From the NCBI RefSeq assembly GCF_900187275.1, contig NZ_LT906458.1, positions 990,001-1,022,000 of the forward strand: a stretch of DNA of 32,000 nt, written 5' to 3'. The translations under genes and the position numbers were made by a program. The notes below the pieces were generated by a model, which saw only the letters and a program-made list of their open reading frames with translations, did no database searches and had not been told where the DNA came from. Below, in pieces: positions 9,083 through 17,448 of this stretch. Position 1 is the first letter of the stretch, and each line of letters begins with the position of its first letter. The DNA is from Pasteurella multocida. GTDB taxonomy: Bacteria; Pseudomonadota; Gammaproteobacteria; Enterobacterales; Pasteurellaceae.

Positions 9083-9382
9083 AATTAAATCACGTAATCT
9101 TGTGCGAATGCACTTATTGTAAAAAATTTAGACCAAATGTTTGATCCCCCTAACGGTGCTAAAGATAGCTTACTTTTTCATTAAAGAAAATATCATTTTT
9201 ATATTTCCAGTATATTGACAAATATTCATTAAAAATAATTGCCATATTATTAGAAAATATCTTATTTACCCCGACTTTATTTGAATAAAAATCAATCAAA
9301 AGCAATCGATTGCACAAAACAAATCGATCACTTTACAAACAGAAAAAGTCTAATTTTTTTTCACTAACCATGAGATCCCCTC

Positions 9383-9412
9383 TTGACAAGCTGTATATAA
9401 CAACAGTATATT
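9383..9412 (+). promoter_or_regulatory. Sigma-70-type promoter of the UmuD-like gene
   Basis: TTGACA (9383-9388), 18-nt spacer, TATATT (9407-9412). It lies about 40 nt upstream of the ATG at 9453, which is preceded by AGAGGG. Confidence 0.6.
9391..9406. promoter_or_regulatory. LexA operator (SOS box) 1
   Basis: CTGTATATAACAACAG is a perfect CTGT-N8-ACAG with an AT-rich centre. It sits in the -35/-10 spacer. Confidence 0.8.
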
Positions 9413-9416
9413 TCAC

Positions 9417-9432
9417 CTGTATAAATAACCAG
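9417..9432. promoter_or_regulatory. LexA operator (SOS box) 2
   Basis: CTGTATAAATAACCAG is CTGT-N8-CCAG (one mismatch), immediately downstream of the -10 element. Confidence 0.7.
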
Positions 9433-9452
9433 TTAAAATAAAGAGGGATAAG

Positions 9453-9902
9453 ATGAATGGCATAAACAACACTGTGGCTCAACATGATTATTTATTATCT
9501 TACCGTCCTATGCCACTTTACGAGGACATCCAACAATCTCACTTAAATTTCAGTAAAAAGCTGGATCTCAATCTTTACTGTGTTAAACGCCCACAACAAA
9601 CCTGCTTTATTCGTGTAACCAATCCGAATATGCTTGCTTGGGGAATTGAAGTTGATGACATGCTAGTAGTAGAAAAAAACGAAAGCTTATCTGTGGGCGA
9701 TCTGATTGTTCTTGATATCAATGGGCAATTCCATATTTATGAATTTATGCTTCAGCAAAATAATGAATACGTTTTCTTTGCCTTAGATTCGACTCAGAGC
9801 AACATTAAAACCAATCACTGGCAGAGTTTACCAATTGTTGGCACTGTCACCAGTACTATTCATCAAATTAAACCAAAACGCAATATGGCGTTTGCGGCAT
9901 AA
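9453..9902 (+). CDS. Orphan UmuD-like (peptidase S24 fold) protein with a degenerate active site, SOS-regulated
   Basis: 149 aa. It aligns without gaps to the UmuD core: QTCFIRVTNPNMLAWGIEVDDMLVVE against [26 protein letters not shown], and VGDLIVLDINGQFHIYEF against HGDIVIAAVDGEFTVKKL. The nucleophile Ser is Asn, the general-base Lys is Tyr, and the Cys/Ala-Gly cleavage site is Ser-His. No umuC-like gene is adjacent. Confidence 0.7.
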   Translation: MNGINNTVAQHDYLLSYRPMPLYEDIQQSHLNFSKKLDLNLYCVKRPQQTCFIRVTNPNMLAWGIEVDDMLVVEKNESLSVGDLIVLDINGQFHIYEFMLQQNNEYVFFALDSTQSNIKTNHWQSLPIVGTVTSTIHQIKPKRNMAFAA

Positions 9903-9924
9903 GCATAACGTCTCATAAATAAAA

Positions 9925-9933
9925 AAGTGCGGT
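9925..9933 (+). repeat. DNA uptake signal sequence core (Hin-type USS)
   Basis: Exact AAGTGCGGT forming the left arm of the terminator hairpin. The right arm ACCGCAC (9952-9958) is a truncated inverted copy. Confidence 0.9.
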
Positions 9934-9958
9934 TAAACTTTTAAAAGTTTGACCGCAC
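9927..9958. terminator. Bidirectional terminator between the convergent UmuD-like gene and lpdA
   Basis: Near-perfect 32-nt palindrome GTGCGGTTAAACTTTTAAAAGTTTGACCGCAC, flanked by an A-run on the left. Confidence 0.75.
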
Positions 9959-10009
9959 AGCTATTTCGTTTAAAAACTTTTGTTACTTATCAGTTTCAAC
10001 AAAAACGTA

Positions 10010-11428
10010 TTATTTTTTCTTCGCTTTTGGATTTGGTAAGTCAGTAATTGACCCTTCAAATACTTCTGCTGCAAGACCAACAGACTCGTGTAATGTTGGG
10101 TGAGCATGGATCGTTAAGGCTAAATCTTCCGCATCACAACCCATTTCGATAGCAAGACCGATTTCACCTAACAATTCACCACCATTCGTCCCGACGATTG
10201 CGCCACCGATAACACGATGTGTATTTTTATCAAAGATCAATTTTGTCATGCCATCTGCACAGTCAGATGCAATCGCACGACCTGAGGCAGCCCAAGGGAA
10301 TTTCGCTACTTCATAAGCGATACCTTCCGCTTTACATTCTTTCTCAGTTTTACCCACCCAAGCCACTTCAGGTTCCGTATACGCAATAGATGGAATCACT
10401 TTTGGATCGAAGTAATGTTTCATGCCTGCAATCACTTCTGCTGCGACATGACCTTCATGAACACCTTTGTGTGCTAACATTGGTTGACCCACGATATCAC
10501 CAATGGCGAAAATGTGAGGCACATTGGTACGCATTTGTTTGTCGGTACGAATGAAACCACGATCATCTACTTCAACACCCGCAACACCGGCATCAATCAA
10601 TTTACCATTTGGTACACGACCAATCGCCACTAATACAGCATCATAACGACGAGTTTCAGAAGCTTTACCTTCCATTGAAACATAAATACCATCTTCTTTT
10701 GCTTCAACCGCAGTCACTTTCGTTTCTAATAATAAATTGAATTTCTTCGCGACGCGTTTGGTGTAGATTTGAACCATGTCTTTATCCGCAGCCGGGATCA
10801 CTTGGTCAAACATTTCGACTACATCAATTTTTGAGCCTAATGCATGGTAAACCGTTCCCATTTCTAGACCGATAATACCACCACCCATGATAAGTAAATT
10901 CTCTGGCACTTCTTTTAATTTAAGTGCATCTGTGGAGTCCCAAATACGTGGATCTTCATGTGGAATAAATGGTAATTGAATTGGACGCGATCCTGCCGCA
11001 ATAATCGCATGATCAAACTTGATCGTCGTTTCCCCTTCTTCGCCCGCAACAATAATCGTATTTGGACCAGAGAATTTACCATAGCCGTTCACTACTTGCA
11101 CTTTACGTTGTTTAGCCATACCCGCTAAACCACCCGTTAACTGGTTAATGACTTTTTCTTTCCAACCACGGATTTTGTTTACATCTGTGCTTGGCTCACC
11201 GAACACGATACCATGCTCTGCAAGCGCTTTGGCTTCTTCAATCACTTTCGCCACGTGTAATAAGGCTTTTGACGGGATACAACCCACGTTTAAACATACG
11301 CCACCTAACGTAGCATAACGTTCAACAATCACGGTTTCTAAACCTAAATCTGCACAACGGAATGCGGCGGAATAACCCGCAGGACCCGCACCTAATACCA
11401 CAACCTGAGTTTTAATTTCTTTATTCAT
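10010..11428 (-). CDS. lpdA: Dihydrolipoyl dehydrogenase (E3)
   Basis: The start is trimmed to MNKEIKTQVVVLGAGPAGYSAAFR (ATG at 11428, SD GAGGT upstream). Redox-active CLNVGCIPSK, FAD/NAD folds, C-terminal HAHPTL. The ORF-track start at 11494 adds 22 non-homologous residues and runs over a USS. Confidence 0.95.
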   Translation of the reverse strand: MNKEIKTQVVVLGAGPAGYSAAFRCADLGLETVIVERYATLGGVCLNVGCIPSKALLHVAKVIEEAKALAEHGIVFGEPSTDVNKIRGWKEKVINQLTGGLAGMAKQRKVQVVNGYGKFSGPNTIIVAGEEGETTIKFDHAIIAAGSRPIQLPFIPHEDPRIWDSTDALKLKEVPENLLIMGGGIIGLEMGTVYHALGSKIDVVEMFDQVIPAADKDMVQIYTKRVAKKFNLLLETKVTAVEAKEDGIYVSMEGKASETRRYDAVLVAIGRVPNGKLIDAGVAGVEVDDRGFIRTDKQMRTNVPHIFAIGDIVGQPMLAHKGVHEGHVAAEVIAGMKHYFDPKVIPSIAYTEPEVAWVGKTEKECKAEGIAYEVAKFPWAASGRAIASDCADGMTKLIFDKNTHRVIGGAIVGTNGGELLGEIGLAIEMGCDAEDLALTIHAHPTLHESVGLAAEVFEGSITDLPNPKAKKK

Positions 11429-11481
11429 TTTAACCTCGTTAAAGAATGCGATGCATTTTATCAAAAGATAGGCGATTTTAG

Positions 11482-11490
11482 ACCGCACTT
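11482..11490 (-). repeat. DNA uptake signal sequence core (Hin-type USS)
   Basis: Exact ACCGCACTT in the aceF-lpdA spacer. Confidence 0.9.
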
Positions 11491-11518
11491 TCACACCACA
11501 TTTGGGTTGATTAATGAT

Positions 11519-11545
11519 GTCCGCTCGGCAATTTACCGAACGGAC
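11519..11545 (-). other. Imperfect hairpin just downstream of the aceF stop
   Basis: GTCCGCTCGG (11519-11528) and CCGAACGGAC (11536-11545) pair at 9 of 10 positions with a 7-nt loop. There is no T-run afterwards on the minus strand, so it is not a canonical terminator. Confidence 0.4.
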
Positions 11546-11552
11546 AGTGCGA

Positions 11553-13451
11553 TTACATAACTAAACGACGAAGATCAGATAACACGCCATTGATATAGCT
11601 AATGAAACGTGCGCCATCTGCACCATCGATCACACGGTGGTCGAAAGACAATGATAATGGCAACATTAAGCGTGGCGTAAATTCTTTACCGTTCCAAACT
11701 GGCGCCATTTCTGATTTAGACACACCTAGAATTGCGACTTCTGGCGCATTCACGATTGGCGCAAAGTGTGTCGTACCTAAGCCCCCTAAGCTTGAAATCG
11801 TGAAACAACCCCCTTGCATATCCGAAGCGGTTAATTTGCCGTCACGTGCTTTTTTCGACACTTCCATTAATTCACGAGAAAGTTCGATAATGCCTTTTTT
11901 GTTGACATCTTTAAAGACAGGCACGACTAAGCCGTTTGGTGTATCCACTGCCACACCAATATTGACATATTTTTTCAAGGTTAAACGTTGACCATCTTCA
12001 GAAATCGAGCTATTAAAACGTGGATACGCTTCTAATGCTTTGGCAGCCGCTTTCATGATAAACACCACTGGCGTGATTTTCACACCCCATTTTTGTTTTT
12101 CCGCTAACACATTTTGTTCTTTACGGAACGCTTCTAAGTCAGTAATATCGGCACGATCGAAATGTGTAACATGCGGGATCATCACCCAGTTACGGTGTAA
12201 GTTTGCACCCGAAATTTTGTTAATACGGGTGAGTTCTACTTCTTCCACTTCACCAAACTTGCTGAAATCCACTTTCGGCCATGGCAATAAGCCTAAGCCT
12301 GCACCATTTGCTACACCGCTGCCCGCTGGCGCTGCAGATACAGAACCTGATTCAACCGCTTTGATTGCTGCTTTCACATATGCTTGAACGTCTTCTTTTA
12401 AGATACGACCTTTACGACCAGTACCTTTCACTTTATCGAGGTTCACACCAAATTCACGTGCTAAACGACGTACAACCGGTGTGGCATAAGCAAATACAGA
12501 ACTACCTGTTACTTCTGCATCACCCGCTGGCGCGCTTGCAACCGGTGCTGGCGTTGCTGCTTGTGGTGCTGCCGCTTGTGCAGCAGGTGCAGGTTGTGCT
12601 GGTGCTGCTGAAGGTGCGGCTCCCGCTACTTCAAAGCGCATAATTAATGAACCCGTAGAGACTTTGTCGCCAGATTTCACTAAAATTTCTTTTACCACAC
12701 CGGCAAATGGCGCAGGCACTTCCATTGAAGCTTTATCACCTTCAACAGTAATTAATGATTGTTCTTCTGTGATCGTGTCACCCACGTTCACCATGATTTC
12801 CGTCACGTTGACTTCGTCACCACCAATATCTGGCACGTTCACATCTTTTACCGCACTTTGTGCAGGTGCTGATGGCGCAGCTGTTGGCGCTTGTGCTGGT
12901 GTCGCTACTGCTGGCGCATCACCCGTTTCAAATTTCATAATCAATGATCCTGTTGATACTTTGTCACCAACATTGATTAGAATTTCTTTAACAACACCTG
13001 CGATTGGGGCTGGGACTTCCATTGAGGCTTTATCACCTTCTACATTGATGATCGATTGCTCAACCTCAACTTTATCACCCACTTTGACCATGATTTCTGT
13101 CACGTTAACTTCATCACCACCAATATCGGGGACATGTACTTCAACCACTGCGCTTGCTGCTGGCGCTGGCGCAGATACTGGTGCTGTTTCAGCTTTTGGC
13201 GTTTCAGCAGGTTTTGCATCACCCGTTTCTAACACAAACATCGGTGAACCCGTTGACACTTTGTCACCCACTTTCACTAACACTTCTTTGATCACACCCG
13301 CTTCTGGTGAAGGGACTTCCATTGAGGCTTTATCACCTTCTACATTGATTACGCTTTGATCAACTGCAACCGTATCACCCGCTTTTACCATGACTTCTGT
13401 CACAGTCACTTCATCACCACCAATATCTGGTACTTGAATTTGTTTTGACAT
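11553..13451 (-). CDS. aceF: Dihydrolipoyllysine-residue acetyltransferase (E2) with three lipoyl domains
   Basis: 632 aa: three N-terminal lipoyl domains (each with [11 protein letters not shown]), Ala/Pro linkers, an E3-binding domain, and a catalytic domain ending ...[12 protein letters not shown]. Confidence 0.97.
   Translation of the reverse strand: MSKQIQVPDIGGDEVTVTEVMVKAGDTVAVDQSVINVEGDKASMEVPSPEAGVIKEVLVKVGDKVSTGSPMFVLETGDAKPAETPKAETAPVSAPAPAASAVVEVHVPDIGGDEVNVTEIMVKVGDKVEVEQSIINVEGDKASMEVPAPIAGVVKEILINVGDKVSTGSLIMKFETGDAPAVATPAQAPTAAPSAPAQSAVKDVNVPDIGGDEVNVTEIMVNVGDTITEEQSLITVEGDKASMEVPAPFAGVVKEILVKSGDKVSTGSLIMRFEVAGAAPSAAPAQPAPAAQAAAPQAATPAPVASAPAGDAEVTGSSVFAYATPVVRRLAREFGVNLDKVKGTGRKGRILKEDVQAYVKAAIKAVESGSVSAAPAGSGVANGAGLGLLPWPKVDFSKFGEVEEVELTRINKISGANLHRNWVMIPHVTHFDRADITDLEAFRKEQNVLAEKQKWGVKITPVVFIMKAAAKALEAYPRFNSSISEDGQRLTLKKYVNIGVAVDTPNGLVVPVFKDVNKKGIIELSRELMEVSKKARDGKLTASDMQGGCFTISSLGGLGTTHFAPIVNAPEVAILGVSKSEMAPVWNGKEFTPRLMLPLSLSFDHRVIDGADGARFISYINGVLSDLRRLVM
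12640..13445 (-). repeat. Three tandem ~300-bp intragenic repeats encoding the AceF lipoyl domains
   Basis: The DNA motif TC(A/G)TCACCACCAATATC recurs at 13411, 13111 and 12814 (periods of 300 and 297 nt). The protein repeats [15 protein letters not shown]......[13 protein letters not shown] three times. Confidence 0.85.
12850..12858 (-). repeat. DNA uptake signal sequence core (Hin-type USS)
   Basis: Exact ACCGCACTT inside aceF (linker region). Confidence 0.9.
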
Positions 13452-13469
13452 GTTTTTTTATCCTCCAAT

Positions 13470-13509
13470 CATTCCATAACATGCTCCCTGATATCAGGGA
13501 GCTGGAATG
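13470..13509 (-). other. Strong intercistronic hairpin between aceE and aceF
   Basis: Perfect 20-nt palindrome GCTCCCTGATATCAGGGAGC (13483-13502), extended by CATTCCA (13470-13476) pairing with TGGAATG (13503-13509). It lies within the 72-nt aceE-aceF spacer, upstream of the aceF SD GGAGGA. No T-run follows it. Confidence 0.6.
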
Positions 13510-13523
13510 TTAATCCTATTTAC

Positions 13524-16187
13524 TTAGGCGTAAAGTGGGTTCACTTTATCTGCATCAATACCGTATTTTTGAATAGCGTCTGCAACCACTTTCTTATCGA
13601 TAGTACCTTGTTTCGCCAATTCAGATAATGCTGCGATTGCCACATAACGAGCATCCACTTCAAAGTGCTCACGTAGGTTTTCACGGCTATCTGAACGACC
13701 AAAACCATCTGTACCTAATACACGATAGCTTGCTGCTGGCACATAAGCACGAACTTGTTCTGCAAATAATTTCATGTAGTCTGTTGCAGCAACAGCAGGC
13801 GCATCATTCATTACTTGTGCAATGTAAGGTACACGTGCTTTGGCTTCTGGATGTAATAAGTTCCAACGATCTGCATCAGCACCTTCACGTGCTACTTCTG
13901 TGAATGACGGTACACTATACACATCTGAAGTGACACCAAAGTCATTAGCTAACAACTGTGCTGCTTCGCGAACATGACGTAAGATTGCACCAGAACCTAA
14001 TAACTGAACTTTACCTTTACCTTGACCGGTTACGGTTTCAAACTTATAGATACCTTTACGGATACCTTCTTCCGCACCTTTTGGCATAGCCGGTTGGTCA
14101 TAAGTTTCGTTCAATGTGGTGATATAGTAGTAAATGTTCTCTTGTTCTGGTCCATACATACGACGTACGCCGTCTTGCATGATAACCGCAACCTCAAAAG
14201 CAAATGCTGGGTCATAAGAGATACAGTTAGGGATAGTTAATGATTGAATATGGCTGTGACCATCTTCATGTTGTAAACCTTCACCATTTAATGTTGTACG
14301 ACCCGATGTCCCACCAATCATGAAACCACGTGCTTGTTGGTCACCCGCGGCCCACATTAAGTCACCAATACGTTGGAAACCAAACATGGAGTAGTACACA
14401 TAGAATGGAATCATTGGGAAATCATTTGTTGAGTAAGAAGTAGCCGCAGCTAACCAAGAAGCGGTTGCACCTTGCTCATTGATCCCTTCTTGTAACACTT
14501 GACCATCAATGGCTTCACGGTAGTAAGATACTTGCTCGCGATCTTGCGGGGTATAGTTTTGACCATACGGGTTGTAAATACCGATTTGACGGAATAAGCC
14601 TTCCATACCAAATGTACGTGCTTCGTCTGCCAGAATTGGCACGATACGTTTACCCACAGATTTGTTTTTCAATAATACGTTTAGTGAACGTACAAATGCC
14701 ATCGTTGTTGAAATTGGACGGGCTTGAGCTTCAAATAATTGTGCAAACTCCTCTAATTCCGGCACCTCTAATTGTTCCGTGAAACGTGGTAAACGGGTTG
14801 GCAAATAACCTTGTAACGCTTGACGACGTTCGTGAAGGTATTTGTACTCTTCAGAACCTTCTGCAAATTTAATGTATGGTAAATTTTCAATATCCGCATC
14901 AGCAATATCAATGTTAAAGCGATCACGAACGTGTTTCACGCCTGACATATCCATTTTCTTCACTTGGTGAGCAATGTTTTTCCCTTCAGCAGCTTCACCC
15001 ATACCATAACCTTTAATGGTTTTCACAAGTAAAACAACAGGTTTCCCTTTCACTTGTTTTGCTTTATTGAAGGCAGCGAATATTTTTAATGGATCGTGAC
15101 CACCACGATTTAATGCCCAGATTTCATCATCTGTCATTTCAGCCACTAAGGCTTCTGTTTCTGGATAACGACCAAAGAAGTGTTTACGAACGTAAGCACC
15201 ATCTTTTGCTTTCATGGTTTGATAGTCACCATCAACCACTTCCATCATTAATTGTAATAATTTACCTGAGGTATCACGTTGTAATAAACGATCCCAACGA
15301 CGGCCCCAAATCACTTTAATCACTTCCCAGCCTGCGCCGTTGAATAAACCTTCTAATTCTTGGATGATTTTGCCGTTACCTGTTACGGGACCGTCTAAAC
15401 GTTGTAAGTTACAGTTAATCACAAACACAAGGTTGTCTAACTTTTCACGCGCTGCCACAGAAATCGCACCACGCGATTCGACTTCATCCATTTCACCATC
15501 ACCTAAGAAGGCATAAACAGTTTGATCAGCAGTATCTTTTAAGCCACGGTTGTGTAAATATTTTAAGAAACGCGCTTGGTAAATGGCATTCAATGGTCCT
15601 AGACCCATGGACACGGTTGGGAACTGCCAGAATTCAGGCATTAATTTCGGATGCGGATAGGAAGAAAGCCCTTTACCGTGAACTTCTTGACGGAAGTTAT
15701 CCATTTGTTCTTCAGTTAAACGACCTTCTAAGAATGCACGGGCATAAATGCCTGGTGAGATATGACCTTGGAAGAAAACTAAGTCACCACCATTTTTCGC
15801 GGAACGCGCTTTAAAGAAGTGGTTAAAACAGACTTCATAAATAGTTGCAGAAGATTGGAAAGAAGACATATGTCCACCTAATTCCAAATCTTTTTTCGAA
15901 GCACGCAATACCATCATAATCGCATTCCAACGAATTGCACCGCGGATACGTCTTTCTAAGTCTAAATTGCCTGGATAGTTTGGTTCTTCTGAAGCTGGAA
16001 TGGTATTGATGTAGTCAGTGGTGATACCTGTTGGTAAAGAAACATTGTTGGCTCGAGCGTGTTGCATTAATTGCTCAATAATATATTGTGCGCGTTCAAC
16101 ACCTTCTTCGCGAATGACCGCATCAATAGCTAACAACCAATCATTAGTTTCGACTGGATCTACGTCATTCTTTAACATATCTGACAT
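13524..16187 (-). CDS. aceE: Pyruvate dehydrogenase E1 component
   Basis: 887 aa homodimeric-type E1, colinear with E. coli AceE (MSD..ND.DP.ET.DWL.A...V.. start, ThDP motif GDGEMDE). The SD AAGGAA precedes the ATG. Confidence 0.97.
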   Translation of the reverse strand: MSDMLKNDVDPVETNDWLLAIDAVIREEGVERAQYIIEQLMQHARANNVSLPTGITTDYINTIPASEEPNYPGNLDLERRIRGAIRWNAIMMVLRASKKDLELGGHMSSFQSSATIYEVCFNHFFKARSAKNGGDLVFFQGHISPGIYARAFLEGRLTEEQMDNFRQEVHGKGLSSYPHPKLMPEFWQFPTVSMGLGPLNAIYQARFLKYLHNRGLKDTADQTVYAFLGDGEMDEVESRGAISVAAREKLDNLVFVINCNLQRLDGPVTGNGKIIQELEGLFNGAGWEVIKVIWGRRWDRLLQRDTSGKLLQLMMEVVDGDYQTMKAKDGAYVRKHFFGRYPETEALVAEMTDDEIWALNRGGHDPLKIFAAFNKAKQVKGKPVVLLVKTIKGYGMGEAAEGKNIAHQVKKMDMSGVKHVRDRFNIDIADADIENLPYIKFAEGSEEYKYLHERRQALQGYLPTRLPRFTEQLEVPELEEFAQLFEAQARPISTTMAFVRSLNVLLKNKSVGKRIVPILADEARTFGMEGLFRQIGIYNPYGQNYTPQDREQVSYYREAIDGQVLQEGINEQGATASWLAAATSYSTNDFPMIPFYVYYSMFGFQRIGDLMWAAGDQQARGFMIGGTSGRTTLNGEGLQHEDGHSHIQSLTIPNCISYDPAFAFEVAVIMQDGVRRMYGPEQENIYYYITTLNETYDQPAMPKGAEEGIRKGIYKFETVTGQGKGKVQLLGSGAILRHVREAAQLLANDFGVTSDVYSVPSFTEVAREGADADRWNLLHPEAKARVPYIAQVMNDAPAVAATDYMKLFAEQVRAYVPAASYRVLGTDGFGRSDSRENLREHFEVDARYVAIAALSELAKQGTIDKKVVADAIQKYGIDADKVNPLYA

Positions 16188-16221
16188 AGTCTTTTCCTTA
16201 TTTGTTAAGTTAAAAGTAAGC

Positions 16222-16242
16222 TTAATCTTAAGTTAAGATTAA
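16222..16242. promoter_or_regulatory. Perfect 21-bp palindrome in the aceE leader (candidate operator)
   Basis: TTAATCTTAA-G-TTAAGATTAA is 10+1+10 and perfectly symmetric, centred 45 nt upstream of the aceE ATG. The cognate factor is unknown, and it does not match the PdhR box. Confidence 0.3.
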
Positions 16243-16835
16243 ACAATGAATTAATCACGAAATATGTAAAATTGAATATAATTTACACAAAATTCAATTA
16301 AAAGAAAATTGCTTCACAAATTTTTAACAAATTTTGTAAATATTATTAGATTTTTTTAGAGAAAGATAGTTATTTCTCTCGCAAAAGACAAAAAATGAGA
16401 CATTGATAGCACTTTCATATACAGATAGAGACGTATCAGATAGTCGCTCTTTTATCATGAATATTTTCCGTCAATGCGCTGAATTCACACGACTATTATA
16501 GCCGCTAATCAGATTAAAGATAGCGACTAACATACAACACAGACCTGCATCAAAATTACTCACAATGCACTTCGTAAAACAAAGCAGTTATCCTCTATCT
16601 TCCTCATGACTTGAAAAACACATGTGGATATCTATCATTACACCGCATCATAAACCATGATACAAAAATAGTTAAAACAGAATACCGGCATAATTTACCT
16701 TGTTACATTCAAGATGACTACTTTAAGAAGTACAATTTATGATCTCACTCTCATTTTTTTAAACATGAACTGTCAGGTTTAGACTGTTAGCATGATGACG
16801 GTATTGATTAAATCACAAGAAATAATGAGACAAAT

Positions 16836-16870
16836 AAAAAAGTCCACCTTAACAAATAAAGGCAGACTTT
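16836..16870 (-). terminator. Rho-independent terminator of crr
   Basis: On minus: AAAGUCUGCC / GGUGGACUUU, a 10-bp stem whose two G-U wobble pairs form only in the minus-strand RNA. It has a 12-nt loop and is followed by TTTTTT. Confidence 0.75.
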
Positions 16871-16889
16871 CTTACAAAATAGACAATAA

Positions 16890-17390
16890 TTATTTTTTCA
16901 ATACAAGGACAACAGACTCACCCGCAACAACTTCACCAGCTTTTTTATCAATATGACTGATTTCATCCATATTAGAAATCACCACCGGAGTTAGAACAGA
17001 TTTTGCTTTTGCTTCAAGAAGGGCTAAATCAAATTCAATAACAGTTTCACCGCGTTTCACCGCCTGACCTTCTTGTGCAATACGTTTAAATCCTTCACCT
17101 TTTAGCTCAACAGTATCAATACCAAAGTGGACAAATAACTCTACTCCGTCTTTGGATTCCATTGAAAACGCATGGTTAGTTTCAAAAATTTTGCCAATTA
17201 CGCCATCAACAGGGGCGACCATTTTATTGCCAGTAGGACGAATCGCAATCCCATCCCCTACGATTTTCTCAGAAAAAACAACATCTGGTACATCTTCAAT
17301 ATTCACAATTTCACCAGAAAGCGGAGCAAAAATTTCCACTTCAACAGCTTTTTTGTCTTTTGAACCAAATAATTTGTCAAATAAACCCAT
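16890..17390 (-). CDS. crr: PTS glucose-specific EIIA component
   Basis: 166 aa with the EIIA-Glc fold and the conserved HAFS...FVHFGIDTV histidines. It is the last gene of ptsHI-crr. Confidence 0.95.
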   Translation of the reverse strand: MGLFDKLFGSKDKKAVEVEIFAPLSGEIVNIEDVPDVVFSEKIVGDGIAIRPTGNKMVAPVDGVIGKIFETNHAFSMESKDGVELFVHFGIDTVELKGEGFKRIAQEGQAVKRGETVIEFDLALLEAKAKSVLTPVVISNMDEISHIDKKAGEVVAGESVVLVLKK

Positions 17391-17448
17391 TTTAGTCTCC
17401 TACTAAGTAAATGTGGTCATATTTTAACGTAAAATTTTCAGCTTGTAT

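Noticed and set aside
9302-9313. 12-bp perfect palindrome GCAATCGATTGC, with a second ATCGAT 14 nt downstream, in the sstT / UmuD-like intergenic region
   Set aside because: It is too short to distinguish from chance, and it matches no regulator consensus that I recognise. It is noted only.
11429-11494. N-terminal over-extension of lpdA, with similar over-extensions for amiB (22450-22497), mutL (23724-23732), miaA (25468-25590) and hfq (26596-26670)
   Set aside because: In each case a downstream ATG with an SD restores the canonical family N-terminus, and the extension overlaps the preceding gene or a regulatory spacer.
12664-13359. 231-aa ORF on the plus strand, the largest unassigned ORF in the track, with a periodic Ser/Thr/Pro/Gly-rich sequence
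   Set aside because: It lies entirely antisense to the three lipoyl-domain repeats of aceF. Its periodicity mirrors the 300-bp repeats on the other strand. It has no SD and no recognisable fold. It is a shadow ORF.
12640-13445. Regular ~300-bp DNA periodicity that could be mistaken for a repeat array or CRISPR-like structure
   Set aside because: The period is far longer than CRISPR repeat-spacer units. The repeats are in-frame and encode the three lipoyl domains of AceF. This is well-known domain triplication.
16358-16379. Hairpin AGAGAAA-N8-TTTCTCT flanked by T7 on the left
   Set aside because: The T/A runs are on the wrong side for an intrinsic terminator on either strand. A 7-bp A/G-rich stem is weak. 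No function is assigned.
16188-16400. Search for a PdhR box, a CRP site (TGTGA-N6-TCACA) or an FNR site (TTGAT-N4-ATCAA) in the aceE leader
   Set aside because: Only isolated half-sites are present (for example TGTGAAG read on minus near 16312-16318). Nothing has both halves at the correct spacing.
16626-16645. Fur-box-like AT-rich segment GATATCTATCATTACACCGC
   Set aside because: Only about 7 of 9 positions match one half of the 19-bp Fur consensus, there is no dyad partner, and no iron-related gene is nearby.
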